This document shows, in pieces, positions 1-10,950 of a DNA stretch of 64,000 nt. Positions within the stretch are counted from its first letter, which is position 1; each line of letters begins with the position of its first letter. The position numbers were made by a program, and so were the translations under genes. Origin of the DNA: an uncultured Planctomycetota bacterium. Its GTDB lineage: Bacteria > Planctomycetota > Phycisphaerae > Tepidisphaerales > Tepidisphaeraceae. The stretch spans positions 576,001 through 640,000 of the forward strand of contig CAWJEN010000005.1 of the NCBI GenBank assembly GCA_963841915.1, read 5' to 3'. Under the pieces are notes generated by a model that was not told the origin of the DNA, searched no databases, and was given only the letters and a program-made list of their open reading frames with translations.

Positions 1-304
1 CAGCCCGGTCGGCCTTGATCTTGGCGATCCGCTCCCGCAAACGTCGCAGCACCTGCAGCCCGGTCATGTCGTTCATGGCCTGCTCGAGAACCGCCACGTG
101 AATCCGCGGGCCTTCGCCCAACGCCGCACGCTCGAGTCGCTCGAGGGCGTCTCGCCCGGTGTCGGCTACGACGGTTCGAACGCCCTGCGACGCCAGGAGC
201 CCGACGGCCGTCTTGTGCCACGGCTCACCTGCATCGCGCACGTCGCCCAGCATCACCGTGAAGCGGGAACCTGCGTCGAAGGATGAAGCCACGGGCGTCG
301 GCAC
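1..304 (-). CDS. Response-regulator receiver-domain protein (partial, runs off the window start)
   Basis: My translation from GTG 304 (preceded by AGGTGAGG): ...QGVRTVVADTGRDALERL...IHVAVLEQAMNDMTGLQVLRRLRE, a receiver-fold pattern. Confidence 0.75.
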   Translation of the reverse strand, partial: MPTPVASSFDAGSRFTVMLGDVRDAGEPWHKTAVGLLASQGVRTVVADTGRDALERLERAALGEGPRIHVAVLEQAMNDMTGLQVLRRLRERIAKIKADRA

Positions 305-516
305 GGCCCCTCACCTCACAAGCCGAGTGCCAGCGGCGCGGCCGAAGCTACAGGTTATACAAGTACATCAAAGACAATGCTTTACAATTCCATCGCGTAG
401 GGCCCGTGTACGACAGCGGATGGTTGAGCCTGCCAACAACGCGTTAGCATTTGTACGTCGCTGCCGGATTGGCAGCATGTAACGTCTTGAGCCGCCGGCT
501 CAACAATCCGATACGA

Positions 517-2259
517 ATGTTGATGCTCCGGATTCTGTTGCTGTCTTGTCTCCTGATCGCTGCTGGTTGTGCCACGACTTCAAAGGGCGAGCCCGATGGG
601 TACTTCGGGAACATCATTACCGACGACGGCTATCGCGTGCCGGCCGGCCCGAGCGACGTCAAGCGGGCCTCGGCTGACGGCACCGTCGAGGTCGAGACCG
701 TCTACAAAGTCACGCCCGTCCACACACGTCTCCCGGCGATCTTCGGCACCCGCATGAAGGCTGCGAAGGTCGGACAGAAGCAGTTCAAGGAAGAATTACT
801 CGTCCCGCTGCGTTTTGCGTTCTCGACGGTCACCAACAGCGAGAGTGCCATCGTCCGCGAAATCGGGTCAGACGCGTACCTCCGCTACGACGTACGTACC
901 GGCAAGACAAGCCCCTACAAGTTTGAGACGCTGGGCCTGGTCAAGGCCGGTGTTCGCGGCAAGTCGGGCTACGTCGGCACGACTCGCCAACCCAACGGAC
1001 GATGGACCGTCACGCTGCTCGGCTACGACGCCCGGCCTGTGGCAACGTTGACCGATGTGCGTGACGGTGCCTTTGCCAAGCCGAGTTCCGTGAAGGTGGC
1101 GGCGAGCACGTCGCAGCCGGTCGACTATCTCGACGGCGACGTCTTTGTCGTTCACTTCGACCCGCCGGAGGGGGAACCTTCCTCGGCGATCTATAACCGG
1201 CAGGGCGTGCAGATCACGCCGAGCTTCCCGAGCATCGGCAGGGTGCTCGGCGTGATCGACCCGACGGTAAAGGCGTGGGAACTGGCCCCCAAACACACCG
1301 CGACGCTGCCGCTGGACGACCCGTCGTCGCCGGAGTCCGCCGGGCTCGTCTGGCCGATGCGCGACGACGGCTCGATCGATCCCAAGCCCGAAGGCCTACT
1401 CGGTCTCAAGCCGATGCACCTATTCGGCGTCGAGACCTCGCAGGTCTTCGCCTGGCAGGTTGCATGGCAGACGCCGCAGGGACTTCGGTATGCGATTCAC
1501 CCGCACTTCGTCATCGACCCGGCGGCTCTGCAGGCGACACGCGACAACGCGATCTACACCCGACTCGAGGTCACGGCCCGCACCATGCGCGATGGTGGCA
1601 CCGGCACCAAAACCGTCGTCGCCATCCTCGCGACGCAGGCCCCCAACGCCGACCCGAACGGCCCGTGGCTCGCGATGACGCATTACCAGGACGGCACGCT
1701 GCTGCCGGTCTACGACGAGGCGATGGACTACGACGGCCTTCGGAGAAAGTTGTACGACGACGGCGTCAGCGCGCGGCAAACCGCTTACGAGGCCGACAAG
1801 GCGCGGTATGAACAGGAGATGGCCCGGCTCGAGCGGGAACGGCAGGTTCAGCGTGACCGCGAAGCGGCGATCGTCCAAGCCAGAGAGGCCGAAAGGGCCA
1901 GGATGCGGGACCTGCTGGCGAAGCGATACATCGAGGCGGCCGAACGTGTCGCGTGGACGGTGGATGTCGCGGCCGTCGTAGAAGTGGCTCGGGCGGCACC
2001 GGACGAGGTGAGCCTCAACGCCCTGTCCCGCGCCCGCGCCGCGGCACGAACGACCGAGGAAGCCAAGCGTCTCGACGGCAAGATCTCCTACCGCCAGTAC
2101 CAGGCCGACCAACTCGCCCGCAAGTCGCGGCCTTCGCAGAGCAAGTACGTCGGTTCCGGCTGGAGCCCGCAGAGCATTGCCGACTACAACCGTGACGCCC
2201 ACAAGTCGCGGATGGACTGGATCGAGGGCAAGACGAACGTCTACGTGCCGAATCGTTGA
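517..2259 (+). CDS. Hypothetical lipoprotein with C-terminal coiled coil
   Basis: Long ORF; MLMLRILLLSCLLIAAGC lipobox; E/R/A-rich helical C-terminus. Confidence 0.75.
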   Translation: MLMLRILLLSCLLIAAGCATTSKGEPDGYFGNIITDDGYRVPAGPSDVKRASADGTVEVETVYKVTPVHTRLPAIFGTRMKAAKVGQKQFKEELLVPLRFAFSTVTNSESAIVREIGSDAYLRYDVRTGKTSPYKFETLGLVKAGVRGKSGYVGTTRQPNGRWTVTLLGYDARPVATLTDVRDGAFAKPSSVKVAASTSQPVDYLDGDVFVVHFDPPEGEPSSAIYNRQGVQITPSFPSIGRVLGVIDPTVKAWELAPKHTATLPLDDPSSPESAGLVWPMRDDGSIDPKPEGLLGLKPMHLFGVETSQVFAWQVAWQTPQGLRYAIHPHFVIDPAALQATRDNAIYTRLEVTARTMRDGGTGTKTVVAILATQAPNADPNGPWLAMTHYQDGTLLPVYDEAMDYDGLRRKLYDDGVSARQTAYEADKARYEQEMARLERERQVQRDREAAIVQAREAERARMRDLLAKRYIEAAERVAWTVDVAAVVEVARAAPDEVSLNALSRARAAARTTEEAKRLDGKISYRQYQADQLARKSRPSQSKYVGSGWSPQSIADYNRDAHKSRMDWIEGKTNVYVPNR

Positions 2260-2291
2260 ACCGAACTGCGTGTCGACGCGTCCAACGGTCT

Positions 2292-2984
2292 GTGAACCGC
2301 CTTGCCTTTTGCCTTCTCGCCGTTGCCACGCTCGCCGGGTGCACGGGCGACCGCGCACCGCTGGTTGGTCCCGAGTTCAGCTTCGTCGGCGGGCTCGGTG
2401 CGATGGACCTTGATGAAGAAGGCGGCTTCGAGTCGGCCATCGACGGCCCGCGTTTTGCCGGCCTCGTCGGTATCAGCATCGACACGCCGCTCGGTGACAT
2501 CGACGGCAACGGCTCCGGGCCACGCATCGGCGGGCGACTCCACACGGGCTACAGCCAACGCGACCTCTCCAGCCGCCGTGTCGCCGGCGAGCCGCTACTC
2601 GAAATCGAGGACTATGTCAGCCTCGCCCTCGTCGCGCCGCAGGTCACACTCAGCTACCGCCAATACCTCAGCGGCAACACCTACGACGGCGATGGCCTCT
2701 TCATTGAACCCGGCATCGGTGGAGGACTCGGCTTCGGCATCCTGTCCTTCGGCTCGCGGCTCGACTTCGGCAATGACACGCTTTCCGAGGACATCGACGA
2801 CACGGAAACCAGCACCAGCTACGCCGTCCAGCCGTATCTCCGGCTCGGTTACGAAGGTGAGGCGGCCATCTTCGGCTTCGAGGGCGGCTACCTCATGACG
2901 GGCGTCGACTTTGACGACGACCTCGGCCAAGACGGCACCGTCGCCTACGGCGGCTTGTTTGTCGGCCTGCGAATCGGTAGCTGA
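2292..2984 (+). CDS. Putative outer-membrane beta-barrel lipoprotein
   Basis: LAGC lipobox; Gly/aromatic alternating strands, ends YGGLFVGLRIGS. Confidence 0.65.
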   Translation: MNRLAFCLLAVATLAGCTGDRAPLVGPEFSFVGGLGAMDLDEEGGFESAIDGPRFAGLVGISIDTPLGDIDGNGSGPRIGGRLHTGYSQRDLSSRRVAGEPLLEIEDYVSLALVAPQVTLSYRQYLSGNTYDGDGLFIEPGIGGGLGFGILSFGSRLDFGNDTLSEDIDDTETSTSYAVQPYLRLGYEGEAAIFGFEGGYLMTGVDFDDDLGQDGTVAYGGLFVGLRIGS

Positions 2985-3059
2985 GCCCGAGACGAATCTG
3001 CATCCGTCGCAGATTCTTCTTGTGCGAGCGACCGTCACGCGATAGCTTCGCCCTCGGAG

Positions 3060-3809
3060 ATGAGGCAATACAACCAAAGCGGATCCGCGGGTGTCCGAGG
3101 CTTCAGCCTCATCGAGCTGCTCGTCGTCATCGGCATCATTGCGTTGCTGTTGAGCATCCTGCTGCCAACCCTCACGCGGGCCAAGCAGTCAGCGACCACG
3201 GTCGTGTGTTCGAGCAACCTGCGGCAGATCGGCCAAGCGCTCAACCTCTACGCCAACGACAACGCCGGTCGACTGCCGCAGTGGAGCGGCATTCAACTCC
3301 ACCCTGACGGCGTCGGCCCGCCTGACGCCCCCGGCCTCGGTTGGACGCAGCAGCTCCAAAGCGCCTGGGACAGCGAGCCCACGAGCGATGTCTTCAACTG
3401 CCCGGCATTTCCGCAAGGGGCAGAACACAACTACTTCATGAGCGCCGGCTGGCTCGCGACGCAAACCCCGCCCGAATCGTCGCTGAACCTGCCGACAATT
3501 CGCCAGAGCTCACGGTTCGTGCTGAGCGGCGACGCCGTTAACGAAGGCTTCTATGGCCCGCCCTTCGGCACGTCAGGCGGCGATTTTGTCGACATTGACA
3601 AGGACGACGCCACTCAGGAGATGCTCATCTTCTCCGGCCAGGCGAACGGCATCAACATCCACGAAAACAAGGGACTCGTCACACTCTTTGCCGACGGACA
3701 CGCGGCTCTTTTCAACGCCTTCGACGCCTCGGCCATGACCTTCGACCCCGGCCAGGAGGGCGTGAGCTGGCAGGACCTGCGTTCTGATGACGAGGACGAG
3801 ACGCCATGA
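3060..3809 (+). CDS. Prepilin-type N-terminal cleavage / DUF1559-like (H-X9-DG) protein
   Basis: GFSLIELLVVIGIIALL, CSSNLRQIG, and HENKGLVTLFADGHA motifs. Confidence 0.9.
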   Translation: MRQYNQSGSAGVRGFSLIELLVVIGIIALLLSILLPTLTRAKQSATTVVCSSNLRQIGQALNLYANDNAGRLPQWSGIQLHPDGVGPPDAPGLGWTQQLQSAWDSEPTSDVFNCPAFPQGAEHNYFMSAGWLATQTPPESSLNLPTIRQSSRFVLSGDAVNEGFYGPPFGTSGGDFVDIDKDDATQEMLIFSGQANGINIHENKGLVTLFADGHAALFNAFDASAMTFDPGQEGVSWQDLRSDDEDETP

Positions 3810-4768
3810 TGCAGCAAGACGGAGCCATCGAGCGCACGTCCTCCGTCAACGCGCCAGCCCAGTTGGCCCGTGAGGCTTCGCGGCCGTGGCAGTGGTCGAT
3901 CGCGTCATGGGGACTGATCCTGCTGGGCCCGCTGGCGGCGGTCGCGTTTCTCGTCACGCGACCCGAGCCCGTCGTGACACCTCTGCGGACGATGTCACGT
4001 GATGCTCTTCAGCGAAACATCAAGCAACAGACGCGCGACGGCCGGCCAATGGTGCGGAACCTTTCGGTCACGCCTTTACCAGGGAACAGCGGTCATCGCC
4101 TGACCGGTGAGCGACTGCCGGATCGGCGATCACGAGAGACGACGCCCTACTCCACCTTTGAGCTAGTGGTGCCGCTCGGTGGAACGGTCTGGCAGGAGCC
4201 GCCACCCGAAGGGTTGGGCGGGCGAGCGCTGCAGGCGTGGATTCGAGGCGACGAGCCACGCCTCTTGGCGAACGGACAGCCCCTGGAGCTGCCGACGTAT
4301 CTCGAAACGGTCGACGTGCCATTTGAGATGCAGGCGGCGGCAGACGATTCGTGGCAGTGGGTCGTGCCCTTGCTGACCGGCCTCGCCGCCGGCCTGAGCC
4401 TGGCGGGCGTCTCCCGTCTCGTCGGCGGCCCGCGTGAAGGCGGTTTCGGCTTCGGCGACTTGTCAAAAGTGAAAAATCCTGAGCCGACCAAGGTCGACCT
4501 CGCCGCCATCGCCGCAGAACAACGGGCCAAAGCGGCAGAACTCGATTCGTACCTCGACACCGTCGTCGTCGCCGGCGGCAGCGAACCCGAAGACGCCGAC
4601 GAGCCCGCCGAGCAAACCGAAGGGCAGACACCAACAACACCCGCCAAGCAGCCGCCTCGCCAACTCACGCAAGACGCAGCCCCGCGGTACGCACCCGCAG
4701 CCAAAGCGGACGCCAGCTACGACGGCGGCGAGTTCTACCCGACAGCCGTCGGATCAAAGCGATCGTGA
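3806..4768 (+). CDS. Hypothetical membrane protein
   Basis: Overlaps the upstream stop (ATGA); two hydrophobic segments. Confidence 0.65.
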   Translation: MMQQDGAIERTSSVNAPAQLAREASRPWQWSIASWGLILLGPLAAVAFLVTRPEPVVTPLRTMSRDALQRNIKQQTRDGRPMVRNLSVTPLPGNSGHRLTGERLPDRRSRETTPYSTFELVVPLGGTVWQEPPPEGLGGRALQAWIRGDEPRLLANGQPLELPTYLETVDVPFEMQAAADDSWQWVVPLLTGLAAGLSLAGVSRLVGGPREGGFGFGDLSKVKNPEPTKVDLAAIAAEQRAKAAELDSYLDTVVVAGGSEPEDADEPAEQTEGQTPTTPAKQPPRQLTQDAAPRYAPAAKADASYDGGEFYPTAVGSKRS

Positions 4769-4795
4769 CAGGTACGTCGTCTCTGTGGACGTGAT

Positions 4796-5365
4796 CTACT
4801 TGAAGTTGAACGTCTCGACGAGCCACGTCCCGTTGCCGGCGTCTCGGACTGTCACTTCGAAGATGTTCGTGCGGCCGTCCGACCAAGTCATGGTGCCGCC
4901 GAACTTCCAGCGGCTGACACCGTTCACGATCTCGGTAGAGATGCTCGTGACCGAGAGGTCGACCAGCGTGCCGTACGGCTCAAAGTAGTCGATGGCCTTC
5001 TGCAGGTCGGCCGACGGCATGTTGGCATCAGAGGCGGCCGTCGCTTCGTTAAAGTCACCGGCGGCGACGTGCTCGACGAACGCCCGTGCCGCCAGCCGCG
5101 GCTCGTCACTATTGGCGTAAACCTGCCAGCTGATGAAGCCGATGGCCGACCAGCCCGCAAGCCCGACCAGACTCAGCACGATGGCTGCGATGGCAAACCC
5201 GCGGCCTCGCACCATCGGCGAGGCTGTGTTGCGAAAGCCGATGATGCCGAACACGAGACCGACAACGCTTGTCACGACCGGGATGCAGCCGAGCAGCGAG
5301 ACGACGAAGCCGGTCATCGCCGACTTGCTCATCCGCGGAGGCTGCGTCGGTTCGTATGGCTGCAT
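4796..5365 (-). CDS. DUF4190-like membrane protein
   Basis: SAMTGFVVSLLG...GLVFGIIG...RGRGFAIAAIVLS pattern. Confidence 0.75.
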   Translation of the reverse strand: MQPYEPTQPPRMSKSAMTGFVVSLLGCIPVVTSVVGLVFGIIGFRNTASPMVRGRGFAIAAIVLSLVGLAGWSAIGFISWQVYANSDEPRLAARAFVEHVAAGDFNEATAASDANMPSADLQKAIDYFEPYGTLVDLSVTSISTEIVNGVSRWKFGGTMTWSDGRTNIFEVTVRDAGNGTWLVETFNFK

Positions 5366-5383
5366 GGCGTCAGCCTACCGAGG

Positions 5384-6400
5384 TCAGTGCTTCAGCACCA
5401 ACCGATACCGCGGGCTGCCGTTGCGGAGCTTTTCGAAGGCGTCGTTGATGTCGCCGAAAGCGAACGTCTCGGTAATCGGGGCAATGTTGTTGCGGGCGGC
5501 AAAGTCGAGCATGTCGCGCGTCGTCGCCGGGTCGCCCAGCGGGCTGCCGGCCAGGCTCTTTTGACCGGCGATGAGGGCGAACGTGTTGCTGACGCCGAAG
5601 TCCGGGGCGACGCCGACGCTGTGCAGCGAGCCGCCGGGGGCGAGGGCTTCGACGTACTGCTCCCAAGGCAGCTTGGCGGCGGCGGTGTTGATGATCAGGT
5701 CGAACTTACCTGTCACCTTCTTCATCGCGCCTTCGTCCTTGGCGTTGACGAAATCGTCGGCACCCATCTCGCGGGCTTCGCCTTCCTTGTCAGGCGTCGT
5801 GCTGAAAGCGGTGACGTCGCAGCCCATCTTGTCAGCGAACTGGATCGCCAGGTGCCCGAGTCCGCCGATGCCGATGACGCCGACGCGGCTGGTGCAGGTG
5901 ATGTGGTGCTGGCGGAAGGGCGTGAACGCCGTGATGCCGCCACAGAACATCGGGCCCAGCTTCTGAACCGTATCGGCGTCGAAGCCTTCGGGAATCGGCG
6001 TGGCCCAGACCCAGTTGCACCGCACTCGGTCGGCAAACCCGCCGTGCCGGCCGACGATGGTCTGCTCGTTGTTCACGCAGCGGTTGTGGGCGCCCTTGAG
6101 GCACTGCATGCAGTGCGTGCACGCGTAGCTGTACCAGCCGAGGCCGACCCGCTGGCCTTCCTTGAGTTCGGGCACATTTTCACCAAGGGCGGCGATGGTG
6201 CCGATGACTTCGTGCCCGCCGACGAACGGGTACTGGCTCATGCCCCACTCGTTGTCGAGCATGGACAGGTCGCTGTGGCAGACGCCGCACGACTCGACCT
6301 TAATCTCGACTTGCCCGGGCTTGAGGTCGCCGGGGTCGTACTCGAAGGGCTTGAGCTCGCCCTTGGCTTCATCGGCGGCAAATGCGTGGAATGTCGGCAT
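5384..6400 (-). CDS. ahr: Zn-dependent NAD(P)H aldehyde reductase / alcohol dehydrogenase (Ahr-like)
   Basis: CGVCHSD, GHE, CxxCxxC, GIGGLG, ends RYRLVLK. Confidence 0.88.
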   Translation of the reverse strand: MPTFHAFAADEAKGELKPFEYDPGDLKPGQVEIKVESCGVCHSDLSMLDNEWGMSQYPFVGGHEVIGTIAALGENVPELKEGQRVGLGWYSYACTHCMQCLKGAHNRCVNNEQTIVGRHGGFADRVRCNWVWATPIPEGFDADTVQKLGPMFCGGITAFTPFRQHHITCTSRVGVIGIGGLGHLAIQFADKMGCDVTAFSTTPDKEGEAREMGADDFVNAKDEGAMKKVTGKFDLIINTAAAKLPWEQYVEALAPGGSLHSVGVAPDFGVSNTFALIAGQKSLAGSPLGDPATTRDMLDFAARNNIAPITETFAFGDINDAFEKLRNGSPRYRLVLKH

Positions 6401-6578
6401 AGGGCCGAGCCTATCGACGGCGACCGTGCTTCTACAAGGGTCAAAGCTTTGACGCGGCAACCATGCGGGCATCGTGAACTGCAGCGACCCGGAGCCGCCG
6501 TCCCTCGTGACTTGCACCCGTTTACCTTGAAAGTCGACCGTGCCGCCACGACTACGGTCGGACGTGCCTGATCGACCC

Positions 6579-7217
6579 ATGCGCATCGTCGTCGCGATCA
6601 CCGGCGCAAGCGGCGCGCTCTACGCTCAACGGTTCATCGCCGGCTTGCTGTCGGCGGGTGTCGAGACGCACCTCGTCGTCTCGCCACTCGGACGCCGACT
6701 GCTCAGCGACGAGATCGGCATCAAAAAGCTCGATGAGCAGTCGCTTGGCCAACTGGCCGACGGCGACGCGAGCCTGTTGACGCTTCACAACTACAACGAC
6801 GTCGGCAGCGTCCTGGCCAGCGGCTCGTTCCTGCACAATGGCATGGTCATCATTCCGGCGAGCGGCAATACGTTGGCCGAAGTCGCAGCCGGCTTAGGCG
6901 GCAACCTCATCGCGCGGGCCGCGTCGGTCTGCTTGAAGGAGAGCCGGCGACTCATCATCTGCCACCGCGAGATGCCGCCGAGTGCTATCGACGTGCGCAA
7001 CTACAAGACGCTCAGCGACGCGGGCGTGATCCTGGCGTCGCCGAATCCCGGGTTTTACCTCAACCCGACAACAGTCGAGGAGGTCGTCGACTTCGTCGCC
7101 GCCAAGCTGCTCGACCTCGTCGGCGTCGAGCACACCATCGGCGGCCGGTGGGATCCCGACGAGCCGCGACCGCCGCTCCGGTACGTCAACGGCACGCTGC
7201 AGGTCGTTGACGCGTAA
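6579..7217 (+). CDS. ubiX: Flavin prenyltransferase UbiX
   Basis: IVVAITGASGA, LASGSF, RAASVCLKE, REMP, PGFY motifs. Confidence 0.92.
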   Translation: MRIVVAITGASGALYAQRFIAGLLSAGVETHLVVSPLGRRLLSDEIGIKKLDEQSLGQLADGDASLLTLHNYNDVGSVLASGSFLHNGMVIIPASGNTLAEVAAGLGGNLIARAASVCLKESRRLIICHREMPPSAIDVRNYKTLSDAGVILASPNPGFYLNPTTVEEVVDFVAAKLLDLVGVEHTIGGRWDPDEPRPPLRYVNGTLQVVDA

Positions 7218-7233
7218 GTCCACTGACTACTGG

Positions 7234-8763
7234 TTAAATCCCGTAGAAGTGCCCGAGTTTCCGCTCGAGGTGGTCGATCAGCGGCTGCACGGTCGGCGCT
7301 TTGCCGGTCGCTTTTTCGACAAGCTGGCGTGCCTCGAACCGACTGCCGTGCTGGTGGACGTTGTCGATGAGCCACGACAAGAGCGGTTCAAACTCGCCGC
7401 GGGCGTACATGGCGTCGCGCTCGGTTTCGCCGCCGAGGGCGTCGGTCGCCGCTTCGTACAGACAGGCCGAGTAGACGTTGCCCAGGGTGTACGTCGGGAA
7501 GTAACCGAGCAAACCGGCCGACCAGTGAACGTCCTGCAGACAGCCGTTGGCGTGGCGGTCGGGCTCGATGCCGAGATACTCCTTGAGCTTCTCGGCCCAT
7601 GCCCCCGGCAGATCCGCCACCGCAAGGTCGCCTAACAGCAGCGCCCGCTCGATCTCGAAGCGCAGCAGAACGTGCAGATTATAAGTGGCCTCGTCACTTT
7701 CCGTGCGGATGAAGCTCGGCCGTACGTCATTGACGGCAAAGACGAAGTCTTCGCGATCGACCCCATTCAAGGCTTCGGGAAACAAATCGACAGCGATCGG
7801 GAAGAAGTGCTGCCAGAACGCGTCGCCGCGACCGACGAGGTTTTCCCAAAGGCGGCTCTGGCTCTCGTGGATGCCGAGCGAGACGCTGTCGGCCAGGGCG
7901 GTGCCGAAATGGTCAGCCTTGGGAAGATTCTGCTCGTAGAGGGCGTGCCCGGTTTCGTGCAGGGTCGAGAAGAACGAATTGCCGAGGTCACGTTCGTCGA
8001 ACCGCGTGGTCATGCGGGTGTCACCCGGACCCAGGCCGGTGCAGAACGGATGGACGGCTGTGTCGAGTCGGCCGGCGTCGAAGTCGAAGCCGAACGCTGT
8101 CGCCGCTCGGCGGCTCAATTCGAGCTGCTCGGCAACCGGGTAGCGGCGGGCCAGCAGCTCATGATCAGGCGCTTTTCCCGACGACTTCACGCGGCCGACG
8201 AGGTCGACGAGCGGGCCCTTGAGCTGGGCGAAGACGTCGTCGAGGTACGCAGGCGATTCGCCCGGCTCGTAGTCGTCGAGCAAGGCGGCATAGAGGTCGC
8301 CGTTGTCACCGTTGACGCACTTGGCCTCCTGCCGCTTGAGGTCGAGCATGTGCTCGAGGCTCGGACGAAACGCTTCGAAGTCGTCGTTCTTGCGGGCTTT
8401 GACCCATGTGGCGTGGCCCTCGACTTCGGCACGTGCCAGCGCCTCGACCAGCGAAGCGGGCAGTTTGGTCGCACGATCAAAGTGTCGACGGGCATGACGG
8501 GCGACGACGGCATCATCGCCCTGCGGGTCACCGGCCTCGACGGCCGCAATGGCGTCGCCGAGCTCTCTGCTGGTAGAACTGGCGTGCGACAGGCCTGCCA
8601 TGAGCGACATCTGGTCGGCCCGCAGGGCGGTGCCTGCGTCGGGCAGTTGGGTCTGCTCGTCCCAGCCAATCGTCGAGCCGACGCTGCTGAGCGTGGCCTT
8701 CTTACGGAGCAGCGAGCGCAGGTTGTGAATCGGCGTGGTGTTGTCGCTCATGGTCGCTAACAT
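7234..8763 (-). CDS. M32 family carboxypeptidase
   Basis: HPF, HETGHALYEQ, HESQS, GCLQDVHW, GYFPTY motifs. Confidence 0.95.
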   Translation of the reverse strand: MLATMSDNTTPIHNLRSLLRKKATLSSVGSTIGWDEQTQLPDAGTALRADQMSLMAGLSHASSTSRELGDAIAAVEAGDPQGDDAVVARHARRHFDRATKLPASLVEALARAEVEGHATWVKARKNDDFEAFRPSLEHMLDLKRQEAKCVNGDNGDLYAALLDDYEPGESPAYLDDVFAQLKGPLVDLVGRVKSSGKAPDHELLARRYPVAEQLELSRRAATAFGFDFDAGRLDTAVHPFCTGLGPGDTRMTTRFDERDLGNSFFSTLHETGHALYEQNLPKADHFGTALADSVSLGIHESQSRLWENLVGRGDAFWQHFFPIAVDLFPEALNGVDREDFVFAVNDVRPSFIRTESDEATYNLHVLLRFEIERALLLGDLAVADLPGAWAEKLKEYLGIEPDRHANGCLQDVHWSAGLLGYFPTYTLGNVYSACLYEAATDALGGETERDAMYARGEFEPLLSWLIDNVHQHGSRFEARQLVEKATGKAPTVQPLIDHLERKLGHFYGI

Positions 8764-8864
8764 ACGCGACCTGCGGCCGCGTCCGGTCGCGGCATGACCC
8801 CTTACCAGCGCCCCAGTCCGACGTCGGCCGCGACACTCGTCGATCGGCCAAACAACTCAAATCC

Positions 8865-10715
8865 GTGACTATGTCTGATTCGTCCCCCACCACGCCGGCC
8901 ACTCCCGCCGAAACACCCGCCGCTCCGCAAACTGACGCCGGTCAAGGCGAATCGACACCTGCTGTCGATGTCATGGACAAGACCGACGCGTCGCACTCGA
9001 CCGCTGCCCACGACGGCAACGAAGGCCCGACCAATCCGACGACACCCGGCGATGCCGAGCCCGAGGCCAACCTGCAGGTCGGCGTCGTCGGCGGGACAGT
9101 CCCGACGAAGCGGTCCGAACCTCAGGAAAAGCGGGACAATCGCCCTGGCCAGAATCGCGGCAGCAGCGACACACGGCGCGACGTGCCCAAGGCCGACCCG
9201 GCGACGGACCTGCCGTCGCTACCTGAACGCGAAGACAAGGCCAAGCAGGCCAAGGCCGCGGCGGACGTCGATGCCGAAATCGAGGCCGCCCTCGGCGATG
9301 CCGACATCGGCGCGATGCTCGACGAGTCGGCAGAAACCAGCGGCGTCGGCGACGCCAACCTTCGCGGCACCCAGGCCGGCACGGTCACACGCGTCGATCT
9401 GAGCAAAGGCGAGATCCTCGTCGACCTCGGCGGCAAGCACCAGGTCGTCGTGCCCAGCAAGCAATTCGATCCCGTTCCGAGCGAGGGCGAATTCGTCGAG
9501 ATCGACATCGAGGGCTACGACGCCTCAGACGGCATCTACAAAGGCCATCGAAAGGGTGCCGCCCGCAAGATCGGCGCGTGGGAAGAGCTCAAGGTCGGCC
9601 AGGTTGTCGAAGCAACCGTTACCGGCATGAACAAGGGCGGCCTCGAGTGCCGCGTGGGGCAGACGGCGATCCGGGCGTTCATGCCAAGCGGCCAGGTCGA
9701 CGTCGAGTTCCACAAGGATTTGAGCGTTTTCCTGAACGAAAAGGTCCAGGCCCGCATCACGAAGCTCGATCGGGCCGACCGAAACGTCGTGCTGAGCCGT
9801 CGCGCGGTCGTCGAGAAGGAGCGTCGCGAAGCCCGCGGCAAGACGCTGGCGACCCTCGAAGAGGGCGCGATGATGAAGGGTATCGTCAAGACGGTCAAGG
9901 ACTTCGGCGCCTTTGTCGACCTCGGCGGCGTCGACGGGCTGCTGCACGTCACGCAGCTGACACACAAGCGAATGGCCAACGCGGGCGACTTCATCAAAGA
10001 AGGCGACGAGGTCGAAGTGCGTGTCGACAAGATTGAGAAAGGCGGCAAGGGCGGGGCCAAGGTCGCCTTGTCGCTGAGTCACCGTCCGCCCAATCCGTGG
10101 GAGCAGGCCGAAACCAAGTACGCCGTTGGCACGCAGGTCACGGGCCGCGTGACGCGGGTCGAGAACTTCGGCTGCTTCGTCGAGCTCGAAGAGGGCATCG
10201 AGGCTTTGCTGCCGGCCAGTGAAATGGGCTGGTCCCGCATCCGCCACCCCAGCGAAGTGACCAACGTCGGCGAGCAGCTTCGCCTGATGGTCATCGAGAT
10301 TCAGCCCAAGGCCCGCAAGATGGCCTTAAGCCTCAAGCAGAGCCAGGGCGACCCGTGGAGCCAGGCCGCCTCCAAGTACACGGCCAACAGCGTCCACCGC
10401 GGCAAGGTCACGCGGACCGCCGACTTCGGTGCTTTTGTCGAGCTCGAGCCGGGCGTCGAGGGCCTCATCCACATCAGCGAGCTCGCCAACGAACGCGTCA
10501 GGCGGACCGAGGACATCGTCCAGTTCGGCAGCGAGGTCAACGCCCGCGTGCTCGAAGTCGACAGTGAAAAGCGCCGCCTTCGACTCAGCCTCAAGCAACG
10601 CGACGAAGCTGCAGAACGTCTCTCGGCGGCAGAAACTGCAAAACGAGAACAGACGAAACAGCACCGCGAAAAACGACTCTCCAAGAAGCCGCTGAAGGGC
10701 GGACTCGACTTCTGA
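8865..10715 (+). CDS. rpsA: Ribosomal protein S1-like multi-S1-domain RNA-binding protein with long disordered N-terminus
   Basis: Repeated S1 motifs ([43 protein letters not shown]); may be a paralog. Confidence 0.85.
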   Translation: MTMSDSSPTTPATPAETPAAPQTDAGQGESTPAVDVMDKTDASHSTAAHDGNEGPTNPTTPGDAEPEANLQVGVVGGTVPTKRSEPQEKRDNRPGQNRGSSDTRRDVPKADPATDLPSLPEREDKAKQAKAAADVDAEIEAALGDADIGAMLDESAETSGVGDANLRGTQAGTVTRVDLSKGEILVDLGGKHQVVVPSKQFDPVPSEGEFVEIDIEGYDASDGIYKGHRKGAARKIGAWEELKVGQVVEATVTGMNKGGLECRVGQTAIRAFMPSGQVDVEFHKDLSVFLNEKVQARITKLDRADRNVVLSRRAVVEKERREARGKTLATLEEGAMMKGIVKTVKDFGAFVDLGGVDGLLHVTQLTHKRMANAGDFIKEGDEVEVRVDKIEKGGKGGAKVALSLSHRPPNPWEQAETKYAVGTQVTGRVTRVENFGCFVELEEGIEALLPASEMGWSRIRHPSEVTNVGEQLRLMVIEIQPKARKMALSLKQSQGDPWSQAASKYTANSVHRGKVTRTADFGAFVELEPGVEGLIHISELANERVRRTEDIVQFGSEVNARVLEVDSEKRRLRLSLKQRDEAAERLSAAETAKREQTKQHREKRLSKKPLKGGLDF

Positions 10716-10950
10716 GTTGATTTGTCGTCGGCGTTCATTCTTGGTTTAACTTCTACAGTTTCTACTGCAGGAAAGTGCGATCGCCGCCGTACGCGGCGAT
10801 GTACTTTGCGCTACATTGCGCAAATCGAGCTCGCCGCGGGGACAAAAATCACGTTGGCGGCCGCCGCGGCGCAGCGCAGCCGGGCAGGTCATGCCACCTT
10901 GCTCGACTTCACCGCCTTGTCTTTCGCTCACCTCTCTGCCGCACCGCCTC

